Assembly (NCBI RefSeq): GCF_001735745.1
Contig: NZ_CP017260.1
Coordinates: 1,770,001 to 1,802,000, forward strand
From: Formosa sp. Hel1_33_131
Lineage (GTDB): Bacteria; Bacteroidota; Bacteroidia; Flavobacteriales; Flavobacteriaceae
Reading direction: 5' to 3'
DNA length: 32,000 nt
Shown: piece after piece, positions 8,528 to 17,003 of the stretch
How positions within the stretch are numbered: the first letter of the stretch is position 1
How the letters are laid out: every line of letters starts with the position of its first letter
The notes under the pieces: generated by a model
Database searches by the model: none
The model's input: the letters and a program-made list of their open reading frames with translations, nothing else
Told to the model about the DNA's origin: nothing
Position numbers and translations under genes: made by a program

Positions 8528-9334
8528 TTAGTTTACAAATCCTGATGCTACAAATCCACTATCAACAAAATTGGCAGTTATATTTAGTAGTAATTTGAAT
8601 TTAATTACATTCTCACCTACAAATACAACCTTAAAACCTTCTGTTAAAAAACAGTTGTAGCTTTCATTCTCGAAAGTTATTACACGGTAGCCACCTAGTG
8701 ATAGTAATTTTTTAAATTTATCCGTAGTTTCCTTTAATTCACTCGCACTAGAATATGCCATTGCACAATCCAATTCAAAAACTTTAAAATTTCTATGGTC
8801 AGATAGTATTTGCGATGTATTAAAAACAGTTGTTGATAATTGCTTTGTAATTGGTACATAATCTAATGGCTTTACCTTACGGATTACTATACCAAAGTCC
8901 TTTTTAAAATCATATCCATCTATCAGTAAACCATTGCCACCTACTGGACCTAATAAGGTTGCATTTAATTGTGGTATGCGTTCATTAAATAGTATTGAAA
9001 GCTTTGTAATATTCTCATAAGAATTTACTTTTTGAATAGCTTTTACTTTTACTTGGAAATTTCCATATTTAGATTCTAGTAAACATTCAGGTAAATTTGA
9101 TATTTCATTTACAATTGATTTTAATGTTTTATTGGTTCGCCTTTCATCAAAAACAACATTCAAACTAAATTCTTTAGACTTCCAAAATATATCTTCATCA
9201 TCCACTAAAGGCTGTTGCCAATCACCCCAGTCATAGAAAGTATCGCCTAATCTTGAAGGCATATCTAAAATGCCATTATATCCGACTAGAATAAGACCAT
9301 AGTAACTTAACAGCTTGTTGTTTAATTTTTCCAT
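8528..9334 (-). CDS. distal tail protein (Dit)-like
   Basis: 268-aa gene a short way downstream of the tape measure. Size and position are typical of siphovirus Dit. The LLIDGYDFKKDFGIVI segment resembles Dit N-domains. Confidence 0.5.
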   Translation of the reverse strand: MEKLNNKLLSYYGLILVGYNGILDMPSRLGDTFYDWGDWQQPLVDDEDIFWKSKEFSLNVVFDERRTNKTLKSIVNEISNLPECLLESKYGNFQVKVKAIQKVNSYENITKLSILFNERIPQLNATLLGPVGGNGLLIDGYDFKKDFGIVIRKVKPLDYVPITKQLSTTVFNTSQILSDHRNFKVFELDCAMAYSSASELKETTDKFKKLLSLGGYRVITFENESYNCFLTEGFKVVFVGENVIKFKLLLNITANFVDSGFVASGFVN

Positions 9335-9582
9335 TATTCCTTATCAATGTAGATAGTATCTCGAATTGCCTTTGGGTCTTTTTTTAAAGCTTTTCCTAAT
9401 GCATCAAGCATTTTATCATTTGAAAACATTTCTTGACTATTTTTAAAGCCTAAACATTTTGCTACATCCTCTAAACTCAAAGTTCTTTCTCCTGTTTTTT
9501 TGTCTTCAATATATCTACATGGTTTTCCTTGGAATTTTCCTAAATAGATTTTAGCTGTTGGAGTTTCTTGTATTAATTTCAT
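9334..9582 (-). CDS. small hypothetical protein
   Basis: The track ORF is 9334..9606. I prefer the ATG at 9582..9580 (MKLIQETP...), which sits just after the tape-measure stop (9589..9587) and avoids a 20-nt overlap. LSLEDVAKCLGF hints weakly at a helix-turn-helix. Confidence 0.45.
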   Translation of the reverse strand: MKLIQETPTAKIYLGKFQGKPCRYIEDKKTGERTLSLEDVAKCLGFKNSQEMFSNDKMLDALGKALKKDPKAIRDTIYIDKE

Positions 9583-9586
9583 AGTA

Positions 9587-12500
9587 TTATGATAATAATG
9601 TTTCAATACTTGTTAATCTTAATTCCATTACCTCTAAGTGATGGTTGTATGATGTATTTTGTGCTATCTGTGATAAGTAGACTAGGCTTTGTTGAGCTGC
9701 TTCCAAACCATTTTGAATGTCAATTCTCATACTGTTTAAAGTACCAGCCATAATATTTGCTTGGTCTTCTGTTATATTAGATATTGCACCTGCTAATCCT
9801 GGTTGTTGGTTATCTTCACTTCCTAAACTACCAATACCACTATCTTCTAATATTTGATTGATAGCATCTAAATCATCTTGAGCACCTTGTATCATTTGAT
9901 TGTAAAGGTTACGTAATGCATCTATTTCATCTGCAGTATAGTTGCTGTCCGAACCTGCATCTGCAAAGGCATCGTAAAACTTTTCAATCTCTTTCTCTAG
10001 GTATTTTATTTGGAAAGCTTGTAACATTGCATCTTGCATTAGGTCCTTAAAATTATTTGCAAAGTCAGCTACTGTTCGTTTGCCTTCTTTAAGACCAGAT
10101 ATAATACTGTCTACAATAGTTGCCTGTGTAGTGCCTGTATAAAGTTCGTCTAATTGTTCTCTAAGTTCTTGGGCTTTTCTACGAGCTTCTTCTGCTTTTT
10201 GTTCAAGTTCTTCTAACTTGGCAGGATCCGTTCCACTTCCTTTTCCTTTTTTACCAATACGAATACCTAAAAATTTGACTTCTTTTCTTGCTTCTAGTTC
10301 AGCTTGTTTGGCTAAATCGGCTTGTTTTTCAAGTTCTTTAAGGTCATCAATAGCTTGTTTTCTTCCTGTGATTTTATCGTTTCCTACACTTTTTGAGATT
10401 ACATAATCTAGTTTATCAATGGCTTTTTCAAGTTCTTTTATAGCTTCTTCAAACTTGGCAGTATCTGATACAATTTCTACAGTTAGTGCTGAATTAAGAA
10501 CCTTTAAACCACCTTGTAGAATTGCTAAAGGGTTTCCAGATGCAAAACCTTCTGCTATTTTTCCTGCGCCTTCTGCAACTCCTGCTAACTGATCTAGTAG
10601 TTGAGCTGTATCTTCATCGCCAAACTTTCTGAATAAGGCTGATGCTTCTCCTAAAACCCCTGTAATATCACTTATAAAATCCGATGTTTTGTTACCTATT
10701 TCCTGTTCAGCTTCTGCGATTTCACCTTGAAGTTTTATTATTTCTTGAGCATACTTTTTCTCATCTTTAAGTTTTTCTGCTAATTCTCGTTTTTTATTAG
10801 CTATTCTTGTGCGTAGTTCTTTAAAAGAAAGACTTTCAATAGTACGAGTTAAGTTTTCGTATAAATCTTCTTCGCCATCTATATGTCTTCTAGCAGCTTT
10901 TAATTTTTCTTTTTCAGCATCTATTTTAACAGCTATTAATCTTCTTTCGGCATCTGTTTGAGCCTTTTCAGCATCTCGTGTTAATTTATTTAATCTTCTA
11001 TTTATTGCATTTATAGAAGTGGTGTCTATTTTAACATCAAGAACAATTGGCGCTGGCTTAATAAAATTAATAGGCTCTATTTTTTCACGTGGAGTTAATC
11101 TAACATCACTATTTGATGCAACATCAACAATAGTTTTCTTTTTGATTTCATTGTCTTGAAATTCCTTTAACTGATTTCTTAAATATTCAGTATAGTTATC
11201 ACCTTGCTTTAATAAGGTTTCAAATTCCTTATCTGCAGCTTCTTTGCCTAATTGATTAACAAAATTATTGTAACTTTCATATTCCTTTTTTCGCTCATTA
11301 AGTAAGTCTTCAAATCTTTCAATATCAGTTCTATCATCTTTACCTGTTGTAGGTATTTTAAATTCAAAAAAATCTTTTTGTTTTTCTGCAGCTTCTTTTA
11401 TTCTTGAATTTTTAGAGTTCAAATATTCATCTAATATTGCTTTATCTTTTTTGTATTCTACTGATGTTATTTCTTTTATCTTTTTGATTTCATTATTAAC
11501 ACCATCAATTAATTTAATTTGTTTTTGAATTTCTGCATCATCTACCAATCTAACATCAAAACCATTGCCACCTAATTGATTTGATACTTTACCAATGTCT
11601 TTATAAGCTTTAAGAAGTTCTAAAACTTGATTTTTTTTATCATCATCAACTTCTATTGCAGTTACAAGCTTATTATTAATTCTAGCCTGCTCTTCACTAA
11701 TTTCGTTAGAAGTTTCTTTTATTCTTTTTTTATAACGCTCAAGATCTCTTTCGGCTGCTGAAAATGCAAAACCTTTTGTAGTGGAATCAAAAATAATTTC
11801 ATTTGTTCTATTACTTTCTTTATTGATTACTTTACGTAGTTCATTTAATTTTTGAATATTGCTTTCAAACTTTGTATTTAATACATCGCTAAATCCGGAA
11901 GAGTCAATCTGACCGTTATTGAATGAAGCACTTAAACTTCTAATAATATCTTTTGCTCTTGTCTCTAAATCAATTACAGAATTTTTTAGAGCATCTTTGG
12001 TTTCATTAAGTTCTTTGATTTTATTTAGTTCTTTTTCTAAACCAATTCTTGAAGTCAATAACTCATTGTAAGCGCTAAGTTGATTGTTCAATAATACATA
12101 CTCATCACCTTCTTTACCAAGACCGCTAACAATAGCAGGATTAATCTTTTTAAGCTCTTCTAAAATTTCCCTTTTTCTTTCTACTGAGGTATTGTGGTCA
12201 TTGTATTCAAAAGTTAAATCGTTTAATTTTTTTCTATGCTCTCTAAGAGAATCAACTACGGATTCATTACCATCTATTAATTTATTTAGCCCTCTAGCAA
12301 CACCATTACTCATAGCAAGGATAGTATCACCAATACCTTTAGTAGATGCTTTAATTTTATTGCCAAATATTTCCCATTGATTTGCAGTAGTAGATGTAAT
12401 AGTTTTAAAAGACCTATCAACACTTCCTGCCGACTTAGCCATAGCATCTAAATCTCCAGTTGCACCTTTCAGATTTGGTCCTGCAATACCAATGATACCA

Positions 12501-13336
12501 TTTACAGCTTCTATTCTTCCTGCAAGTTCTTTTAGTTTGTTTTGGCTACCATCCGCAGATTCATACATTTTCTGAAAACCCTCTTGTAGTGAAAGCGTTT
12601 TAAATGCACCATCTCCTAAAACTTCATTTGTAGATATAATAGCACTTCTAATTTGGGTCATTGCTACACTAGCAGGAGTTCCTTGTTTGGTAAGTGTAGA
12701 TATGGCTGCACCTATTTCTTGAAAGGAAATATTACTTGCGGCTGCTATTGGAGCAACTATAGCTATTTGACTTGATAATTCTTCAAATGAAATTTTACCA
12801 CGGTCTACGGTAGCAAACATAACATCTGCTACTGCTTGTGCATCTTCTGCAGTAAGTTTGAAAGCGTTTAAAATAGTGGTAAGCCCATCTGATGCTACTG
12901 CTGTTTCTGTAACACCTGCAGTTGCAGCTTTAGATGATATTTCTAGTATTTTTAAAGCATCTCCTGCTTCAAACCCTGCACCTATTATCTCATATAAACC
13001 ATTTGCGAGTTTATCTGGCGGTTCTGTTCCTAGTTGCTTATATATGTCAAAGACATTTTTTTCTAACTTTTTGAAATCCTTATCTGAAACATTGGCAATA
13101 GTCTTTACTTCTGCCATAGCAGATTCAAAACTTTTTGCCATTTTATAACCTTCATTTGCAATAACAGTAAATGCAGCGACAGCTGCTACAGCTAATGCAG
13201 CCCAAGGATTTATTTTAGATATTTTATTACCTAAACCTTGAATTATATTTACAGCATCTAAACTTCCACGTTGTAAACCTGAATTATCTAAAGCTGTAGC
13301 AAAAAATAAAGAATTATCTCCTCTAACAATACCCAT
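9587..13336 (-). CDS. tail tape measure protein
   Basis: 1249 aa. N-terminal hydrophobic segment (WAALAVAAVAAFTVI), a long Ala/Gly-rich core, extended K/E-rich coiled-coil stretches, and a position after the tail chaperone. Confidence 0.85.
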   Translation of the reverse strand: MGIVRGDNSLFFATALDNSGLQRGSLDAVNIIQGLGNKISKINPWAALAVAAVAAFTVIANEGYKMAKSFESAMAEVKTIANVSDKDFKKLEKNVFDIYKQLGTEPPDKLANGLYEIIGAGFEAGDALKILEISSKAATAGVTETAVASDGLTTILNAFKLTAEDAQAVADVMFATVDRGKISFEELSSQIAIVAPIAAASNISFQEIGAAISTLTKQGTPASVAMTQIRSAIISTNEVLGDGAFKTLSLQEGFQKMYESADGSQNKLKELAGRIEAVNGIIGIAGPNLKGATGDLDAMAKSAGSVDRSFKTITSTTANQWEIFGNKIKASTKGIGDTILAMSNGVARGLNKLIDGNESVVDSLREHRKKLNDLTFEYNDHNTSVERKREILEELKKINPAIVSGLGKEGDEYVLLNNQLSAYNELLTSRIGLEKELNKIKELNETKDALKNSVIDLETRAKDIIRSLSASFNNGQIDSSGFSDVLNTKFESNIQKLNELRKVINKESNRTNEIIFDSTTKGFAFSAAERDLERYKKRIKETSNEISEEQARINNKLVTAIEVDDDKKNQVLELLKAYKDIGKVSNQLGGNGFDVRLVDDAEIQKQIKLIDGVNNEIKKIKEITSVEYKKDKAILDEYLNSKNSRIKEAAEKQKDFFEFKIPTTGKDDRTDIERFEDLLNERKKEYESYNNFVNQLGKEAADKEFETLLKQGDNYTEYLRNQLKEFQDNEIKKKTIVDVASNSDVRLTPREKIEPINFIKPAPIVLDVKIDTTSINAINRRLNKLTRDAEKAQTDAERRLIAVKIDAEKEKLKAARRHIDGEEDLYENLTRTIESLSFKELRTRIANKKRELAEKLKDEKKYAQEIIKLQGEIAEAEQEIGNKTSDFISDITGVLGEASALFRKFGDEDTAQLLDQLAGVAEGAGKIAEGFASGNPLAILQGGLKVLNSALTVEIVSDTAKFEEAIKELEKAIDKLDYVISKSVGNDKITGRKQAIDDLKELEKQADLAKQAELEARKEVKFLGIRIGKKGKGSGTDPAKLEELEQKAEEARRKAQELREQLDELYTGTTQATIVDSIISGLKEGKRTVADFANNFKDLMQDAMLQAFQIKYLEKEIEKFYDAFADAGSDSNYTADEIDALRNLYNQMIQGAQDDLDAINQILEDSGIGSLGSEDNQQPGLAGAISNITEDQANIMAGTLNSMRIDIQNGLEAAQQSLVYLSQIAQNTSYNHHLEVMELRLTSIETLLS

Positions 13337-13422
13337 CTGTTTATATTTTCATTAAAAGTATTTGTAGAGGCTTTATAAATGAAGTATTTTAGTGGCTTAT
13401 ATCCGTAGTTTCCAACGATTGT

Positions 13423-13866
13423 ATGTACACACTCATTATAGGCAAAAGCAAATCAAAGAACTTTAGTAAAGCACTTGAATGCGCATTATCTCTTGGTGGC
13501 GTTTATGATGGTAAAGAAATTAAGCTAGAAACCAATGAAGAAATGAGTGCCTATACAAAATGGTTTCCTCTTTTTAGGCTTAATGTACTGCAATGGAAAA
13601 ACACTAAAGCCTATTATAAAGACAAAGAAGTAGAACCATATAGATTTATGTTTCTAGCAGATTTAAAACGAAAATCAAATCTTAAATCTGTTTTAGACAC
13701 CTTAGATTTACAGCCTTCCGACACTAAATTCAAATACTATAAGCGTGAAGGAAATCGATTCTTTTTAAAGAGTAAAAATGAATGTGTTGATTTTGAATTA
13801 AAGGATAAAGACCTCTACGATTTCGTTGACAAATACAGTATTGGCGATATTATTTCTAAACAATAA
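13423..13866 (+). CDS. hypothetical protein, opposite-strand gene inside the tail operon
   Basis: It is the only ORF of 60 aa or more on either strand across 13337..13855. 147 aa with an ATG start. Its 3' end overlaps the convergent minus-strand gene by 11 nt. Confidence 0.55.
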   Translation: MYTLIIGKSKSKNFSKALECALSLGGVYDGKEIKLETNEEMSAYTKWFPLFRLNVLQWKNTKAYYKDKEVEPYRFMFLADLKRKSNLKSVLDTLDLQPSDTKFKYYKREGNRFFLKSKNECVDFELKDKDLYDFVDKYSIGDIISKQ

Positions 13867-14425
13867 TAGTATGGCTATTCTCTGAATTCTGGACCTGTGC
13901 ATTACCATGTGCCAATACAAAAGAATAGGTTTCTGCTTTTACTGTTGAATTATCCCAAGCTTCTACTTTTGAAAAATCTCTAGCGACCACTTTACAATTT
14001 CCAAATGCTTCGCCTGTGCAGTTTTTGATTTCAAATGAACTATTTTGAAATCCAGTTACAAATGTTGTATCAAAAGCTTCACAAAACGCATTACCAAAAA
14101 GAGCAATACGGCTATGGCCAGAAGCTTCAAATTTAGCATCTTTTATTCCAATAGCAATTCTATCAACTATTTTATGAGTTCCTGTGCTATAAATACCATG
14201 TTCGTTTAATTGCTTTTCTGTAAACCACGAAACTAGATCATCTGATGTCATTGTGCCTGTATTTAGAAGCCACTCTATATTATCAACCATAATGGACCAG
14301 CAATCCTTTTCATTGAAATTTTTAGATAAAGCAATTATCCTGCGCCAAAATTTAGAGCATAAAATATTCTCATCTAATTTAGCATCCTTTAGTCTTTTGA
14401 GTACAACCTTAAATTTACCTTCCAT
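13856..14425 (-). CDS. hypothetical protein with C-terminal 8-residue repeats (beta-solenoid-like)
   Basis: 189-aa ORF between the tail chaperone and the tape measure. The C-terminal half is a run of octads (AFGNCKVV/ARDFSKVE/AWDNSTVK/AETYSFVL/AHGNAQVQ...). Confidence 0.6.
   Translation of the reverse strand: MEGKFKVVLKRLKDAKLDENILCSKFWRRIIALSKNFNEKDCWSIMVDNIEWLLNTGTMTSDDLVSWFTEKQLNEHGIYSTGTHKIVDRIAIGIKDAKFEASGHSRIALFGNAFCEAFDTTFVTGFQNSSFEIKNCTGEAFGNCKVVARDFSKVEAWDNSTVKAETYSFVLAHGNAQVQNSENSHTIIV
13859..14128 (-). repeat. about 11 tandem octapeptide-coding repeats
   Basis: From E100 the protein parses without gaps into 8-residue units: EASGHSRI, ALFGNAFC, EAFDTTFV, TGFQNSSF, EIKNCTGE, AFGNCKVV, ARDFSKVE, AWDNSTVK, AETYSFVL, AHGNAQVQ, NSENSHTI. 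Small/Ala residues recur at position 1 and V/I/F at position 7. Confidence 0.6.
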
Positions 14426-15058
14426 GGCTTTTAAGTATTTCAGTTAATGTTTGTGGTTTTTTCTTCTTTTTATCCTTTTTTGACTTGTATTTAGGCACAC
14501 TTGCAGATAGCATTAGCAAGTTCTGAAACGATATCTCTTTAAATGCAAAGTCATAACTGAAATGATAATAATTACAAACGCTACCTATGAATTGGTAGGG
14601 ATTGAATCGTTTATTTGGTTCATCATCATCGGATTGTTCTGATTTGCAATTTGGAAAGAGTTTAAAAAAAAATCGGTCTGCAACTTTAAGACACTTTCAT
14701 AAAACAGCATATACAGTTCTTTTGGTGTCAAATTATTCAAAACGAAAGGCACATACCAACTAGGAAAATCCGTTGCTTTACCGTGTGCCAAAATAGCAAA
14801 AACTTCTGCCATCTCATTTCTATATTCAATAGCTTCGTCCAATTTTAATTCTTTGGATTCTCGAATACTCTCAGGTATTTTAAGTGCAGGTAATGCACAT
14901 TTTGCTAATATCTCTATAGTAGGTGGTTTTATTGTGAATGATAATGTTTTACGCTTCTTAATATTATCTGGAAGCATAGAATTATCTGAAACCTGAATTT
15001 CGTAAGTTGATGGTTTCTCAATTAAAGCCTGTAGTAAATCCTGTTTCTGTTTATCCAT
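14415..15058 (-). CDS. tail assembly chaperone, -1 frameshift product (GT-like, about 214 aa)
   Basis: After GAT TTT TTT TTA AAC, the -1 frame stays open for 82 codons (KLFPNCKSEQSDDDEPNKRFNPYQFIGSVCNYYHFSYDFAFKEISFQNLLMLSASVPKYKSKKDKKKKKPQTLTEILKSHGR). It stops at 14417..14415. This fills the otherwise ORF-less 14426..14584 gap. Confidence 0.6.
14585..15058 (-). CDS. tail assembly chaperone (G-like, zero-frame product)
   Basis: 157-aa gene directly after the major tail protein gene. It contains a slippery run near its 3' end. Confidence 0.7.
   Translation of the reverse strand: MDKQKQDLLQALIEKPSTYEIQVSDNSMLPDNIKKRKTLSFTIKPPTIEILAKCALPALKIPESIRESKELKLDEAIEYRNEMAEVFAILAHGKATDFPSWYVPFVLNNLTPKELYMLFYESVLKLQTDFFLNSFQIANQNNPMMMNQINDSIPTNS
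14661..14673 (-). promoter_or_regulatory. programmed -1 ribosomal frameshift slippery site (T9 then AAA on the coding strand)
   Basis: The minus strand reads CCGA-TTTTTTTTT-AAAC. In the zero frame that is GAT TTT TTT TTA AAC, which contains X_XXY_YYZ heptamers (T_TTT_TTT / T_TTT_TTA). Confidence 0.6.
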
Positions 15059-15061
15059 ATC

Positions 15062-15086
15062 TAAAAAAGGGGCATTTAAGCCCCTT
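15062..15086 (-). terminator. rho-independent terminator between the major tail and chaperone genes
   Basis: The minus strand reads AAGGGGC-TTAAAT-GCCCCTT-TTTTAG. That is a 7-bp stem with a G/C core, a 6-nt loop and a T-run. It sits 11 nt after the major tail stop. Confidence 0.7.
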
Positions 15087-15097
15087 AATTTTGTTGA

Positions 15098-15607
15098 TTA
15101 TGCTGCAAATGCAACCTCATAAGGAGCACCTTCTACATCTGTTGATGATATAGGAGTATTAGCAGTTATAGTAATGTCTACTGAAAGCAATTCGCCTTTA
15201 GTGATATTACCTTCAAATTTTGCAGAAACCTTTGCGTATGGAAACGTAATCTTGTTTCCTGCAATATCAGTAATTACTACTGAAAGGTATTTATTAGGAG
15301 CTGTCTTTGGTGCGCTCCAAGTTTTAGATCCTGCATCCCAAGAACCACCCATAAGCATTACTGCACTTGCACCAGTAACTTCATACAATTTGAATGTTGA
15401 AGTTGCAGGAGTAGAATCAGTATTTATAGATAGGTAACTATCATCTTGCTCTGTTTTAATAGTTTCTTCGTTTGCTTCACTACCTGTTAAGGATAGAGAA
15501 TTTAAAACAACCGCTTTGAATTCCGTTAAAGATGCGCCTACTACCCCGTCTCCAGGTAAACCGATTTCGATTTTTTCAACGCCTCTAATATTGTCTTCTT
15601 TTGCCAT
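15098..15607 (-). CDS. major tail protein
   Basis: 169-aa beta-rich, Ser/Thr/Ala-rich protein. It is immediately upstream of the chaperone/frameshift pair and followed by a strong terminator. Assignment is by synteny. Confidence 0.65.
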   Translation of the reverse strand: MAKEDNIRGVEKIEIGLPGDGVVGASLTEFKAVVLNSLSLTGSEANEETIKTEQDDSYLSINTDSTPATSTFKLYEVTGASAVMLMGGSWDAGSKTWSAPKTAPNKYLSVVITDIAGNKITFPYAKVSAKFEGNITKGELLSVDITITANTPISSTDVEGAPYEVAFAA

Positions 15608-15610
15608 TTT

Positions 15611-15997
15611 TTATAATGTTTGAAATTTTAATTTTAAATTATAGAAATAAATACTGTCTCTATCTTGGTCCTTGAATACACCTTTGTCATCATCTATTTG
15701 AAATGAATAACCTAGATGCTTTACATCTTTTACCAAAGGAATAACAGCATTTATTATTTGTTTGAACTTTGCCAAATTTGCCCTTCCTGAGCTTATCTCT
15801 TTTACGTGAATATTCAAGTTTATAAAACCATTTTGAAGGTATCTATTAGGATTACTTAAAGTCTTTATAGATATATCTTCCTTTTGGTCAGTATCTGGAA
15901 TATCGCCTATGTAAATCTTACCTGAAAGATTGTCATTAACTTCAGATACATTTAGTATTTGATACAACGCTGATAATATGTCAAAACTAGATTTCAC
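15611..15997 (-). CDS. tail terminator / tail completion protein
   Basis: 128-aa gene between the gp10-like gene and the major tail gene. Size and position are as in HK97/SPP1-type modules. Confidence 0.5.
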   Translation of the reverse strand: MKSSFDILSALYQILNVSEVNDNLSGKIYIGDIPDTDQKEDISIKTLSNPNRYLQNGFINLNIHVKEISSGRANLAKFKQIINAVIPLVKDVKHLGYSFQIDDDKGVFKDQDRDSIYFYNLKLKFQTL

Positions 15998-16415
15998 TTA
16001 ATATTGATATTAATAGTTCTTTTTCAGGTGCCGACCCTGTTATTACGTCAAAGTTTTTAGCTTCCACATAAGCTGCATATTGCATTCCTGCAACCCCTAT
16101 CAATACATACCCATCAGGATATTGATTTGCAACTTCTTCGGCTACTTTCTTTCCTTGACTTTGCCCTTTTGAATTACCTTCAAAGTTTTGCTCAACTACT
16201 TTACCATTAAGTAAAATAATGTAGCCTATTGAACTTCTTAGATTCCCAGTTCGGTCTGTGTAATTACCACTTATTCGTGCTTCATTCACAAATGTTTCAC
16301 CAATAAACTGATAAGCTTCTAATGTTTTTCTATCAACCTCTTGTTGAAATTGGTCAAATACATTTTGAAATTGTCTACCAGTAAATAAAGCCCTTAAGCC
16401 TCTTATTCCAGCCAT
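15987..16415 (-). CDS. HK97 gp10-family head-tail joining protein
   Basis: The segment NYTDRTGNLRSSIGY, followed by GVAGMQYAAYVEAK, matches the pattern I associate with the HK97 gp10 family. Position is correct. Confidence 0.65.
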   Translation of the reverse strand: MAGIRGLRALFTGRQFQNVFDQFQQEVDRKTLEAYQFIGETFVNEARISGNYTDRTGNLRSSIGYIILLNGKVVEQNFEGNSKGQSQGKKVAEEVANQYPDGYVLIGVAGMQYAAYVEAKNFDVITGSAPEKELLISILSEI

Positions 16416-16684
16416 ATCTCACAATGTGATTGATAATTATGTAGCTGTACAATTTTAAATTGCTTATCCTGGTATAGGAATATTTTACCATCTACTTCAA
16501 ATTGACTAATGTCATTAGATTTACAATAAAACTTTGCCGAATAATCTAAAGCCTTGTTTTGTCCTGATGGCTCATACCTTCCAATTATTTCGATTTCTGT
16601 ATCGGTTAATTCAGGTATTCCAGTACCGTTATCAGTTTCTTTACTAATAACAATTTTTCCAGTATGAGGATATCTGTTAAACAT
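16403..16684 (-). CDS. head closure / head-tail adaptor protein
   Basis: 93-aa ORF that overlaps both neighbours. Assignment is by position in the connector cluster. Confidence 0.5.
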   Translation of the reverse strand: MFNRYPHTGKIVISKETDNGTGIPELTDTEIEIIGRYEPSGQNKALDYSAKFYCKSNDISQFEVDGKIFLYQDKQFKIVQLHNYQSHCEIWLE

Positions 16685-17003
16685 CTTCTGAGGAAATACC
16701 TACATTAATTGGTTTAGGTTCTAATTCCTCTACTTTAGGATCATTATACTTGTAGTATAAAGCCTTTGCTCTTTCTTTCAATAAAGCAGGATTATACTTT
16801 AGGGATAATTGACCTTCTTTAAAGTCAGGAATTAATGCCATGGCAGAATATAAATCAGCTGTAGCCAATTCAACATCTTTCAAAGAACTTTCTGAATAAG
16901 TAGCCGACCCATCAATGGAACGGCTACCTAAAACAGATTGGATATGATTTACAGATACATCTGTAAAAACAGGATTAGCTTGTATGGCTTCTAAAATCGT
17001 CAT
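16677..17003 (-). CDS. head-tail connector (head completion) protein
   Basis: 108-aa ORF immediately after the capsid gene, with a 1-nt overlap. Assignment is by position. Confidence 0.45.
   Translation of the reverse strand: MTILEAIQANPVFTDVSVNHIQSVLGSRSIDGSATYSESSLKDVELATADLYSAMALIPDFKEGQLSLKYNPALLKERAKALYYKYNDPKVEELEPKPINVGISSEDV

Noticed and set aside
9583-9606. The longer start (9606) for the small gene after the tape measure.
   Set aside because: It needs a 20-nt overlap with the tape measure gene. An ATG at 9582 sits just after the tape measure stop, so the shorter form is preferred, though the choice is uncertain.
13337-13422. Divergent promoter between the tape measure gene and the + strand gene.
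   Set aside because: Only near-matches to TAnnTTTG are present (TATTTTAG, TATTTG), which is too weak to annotate.
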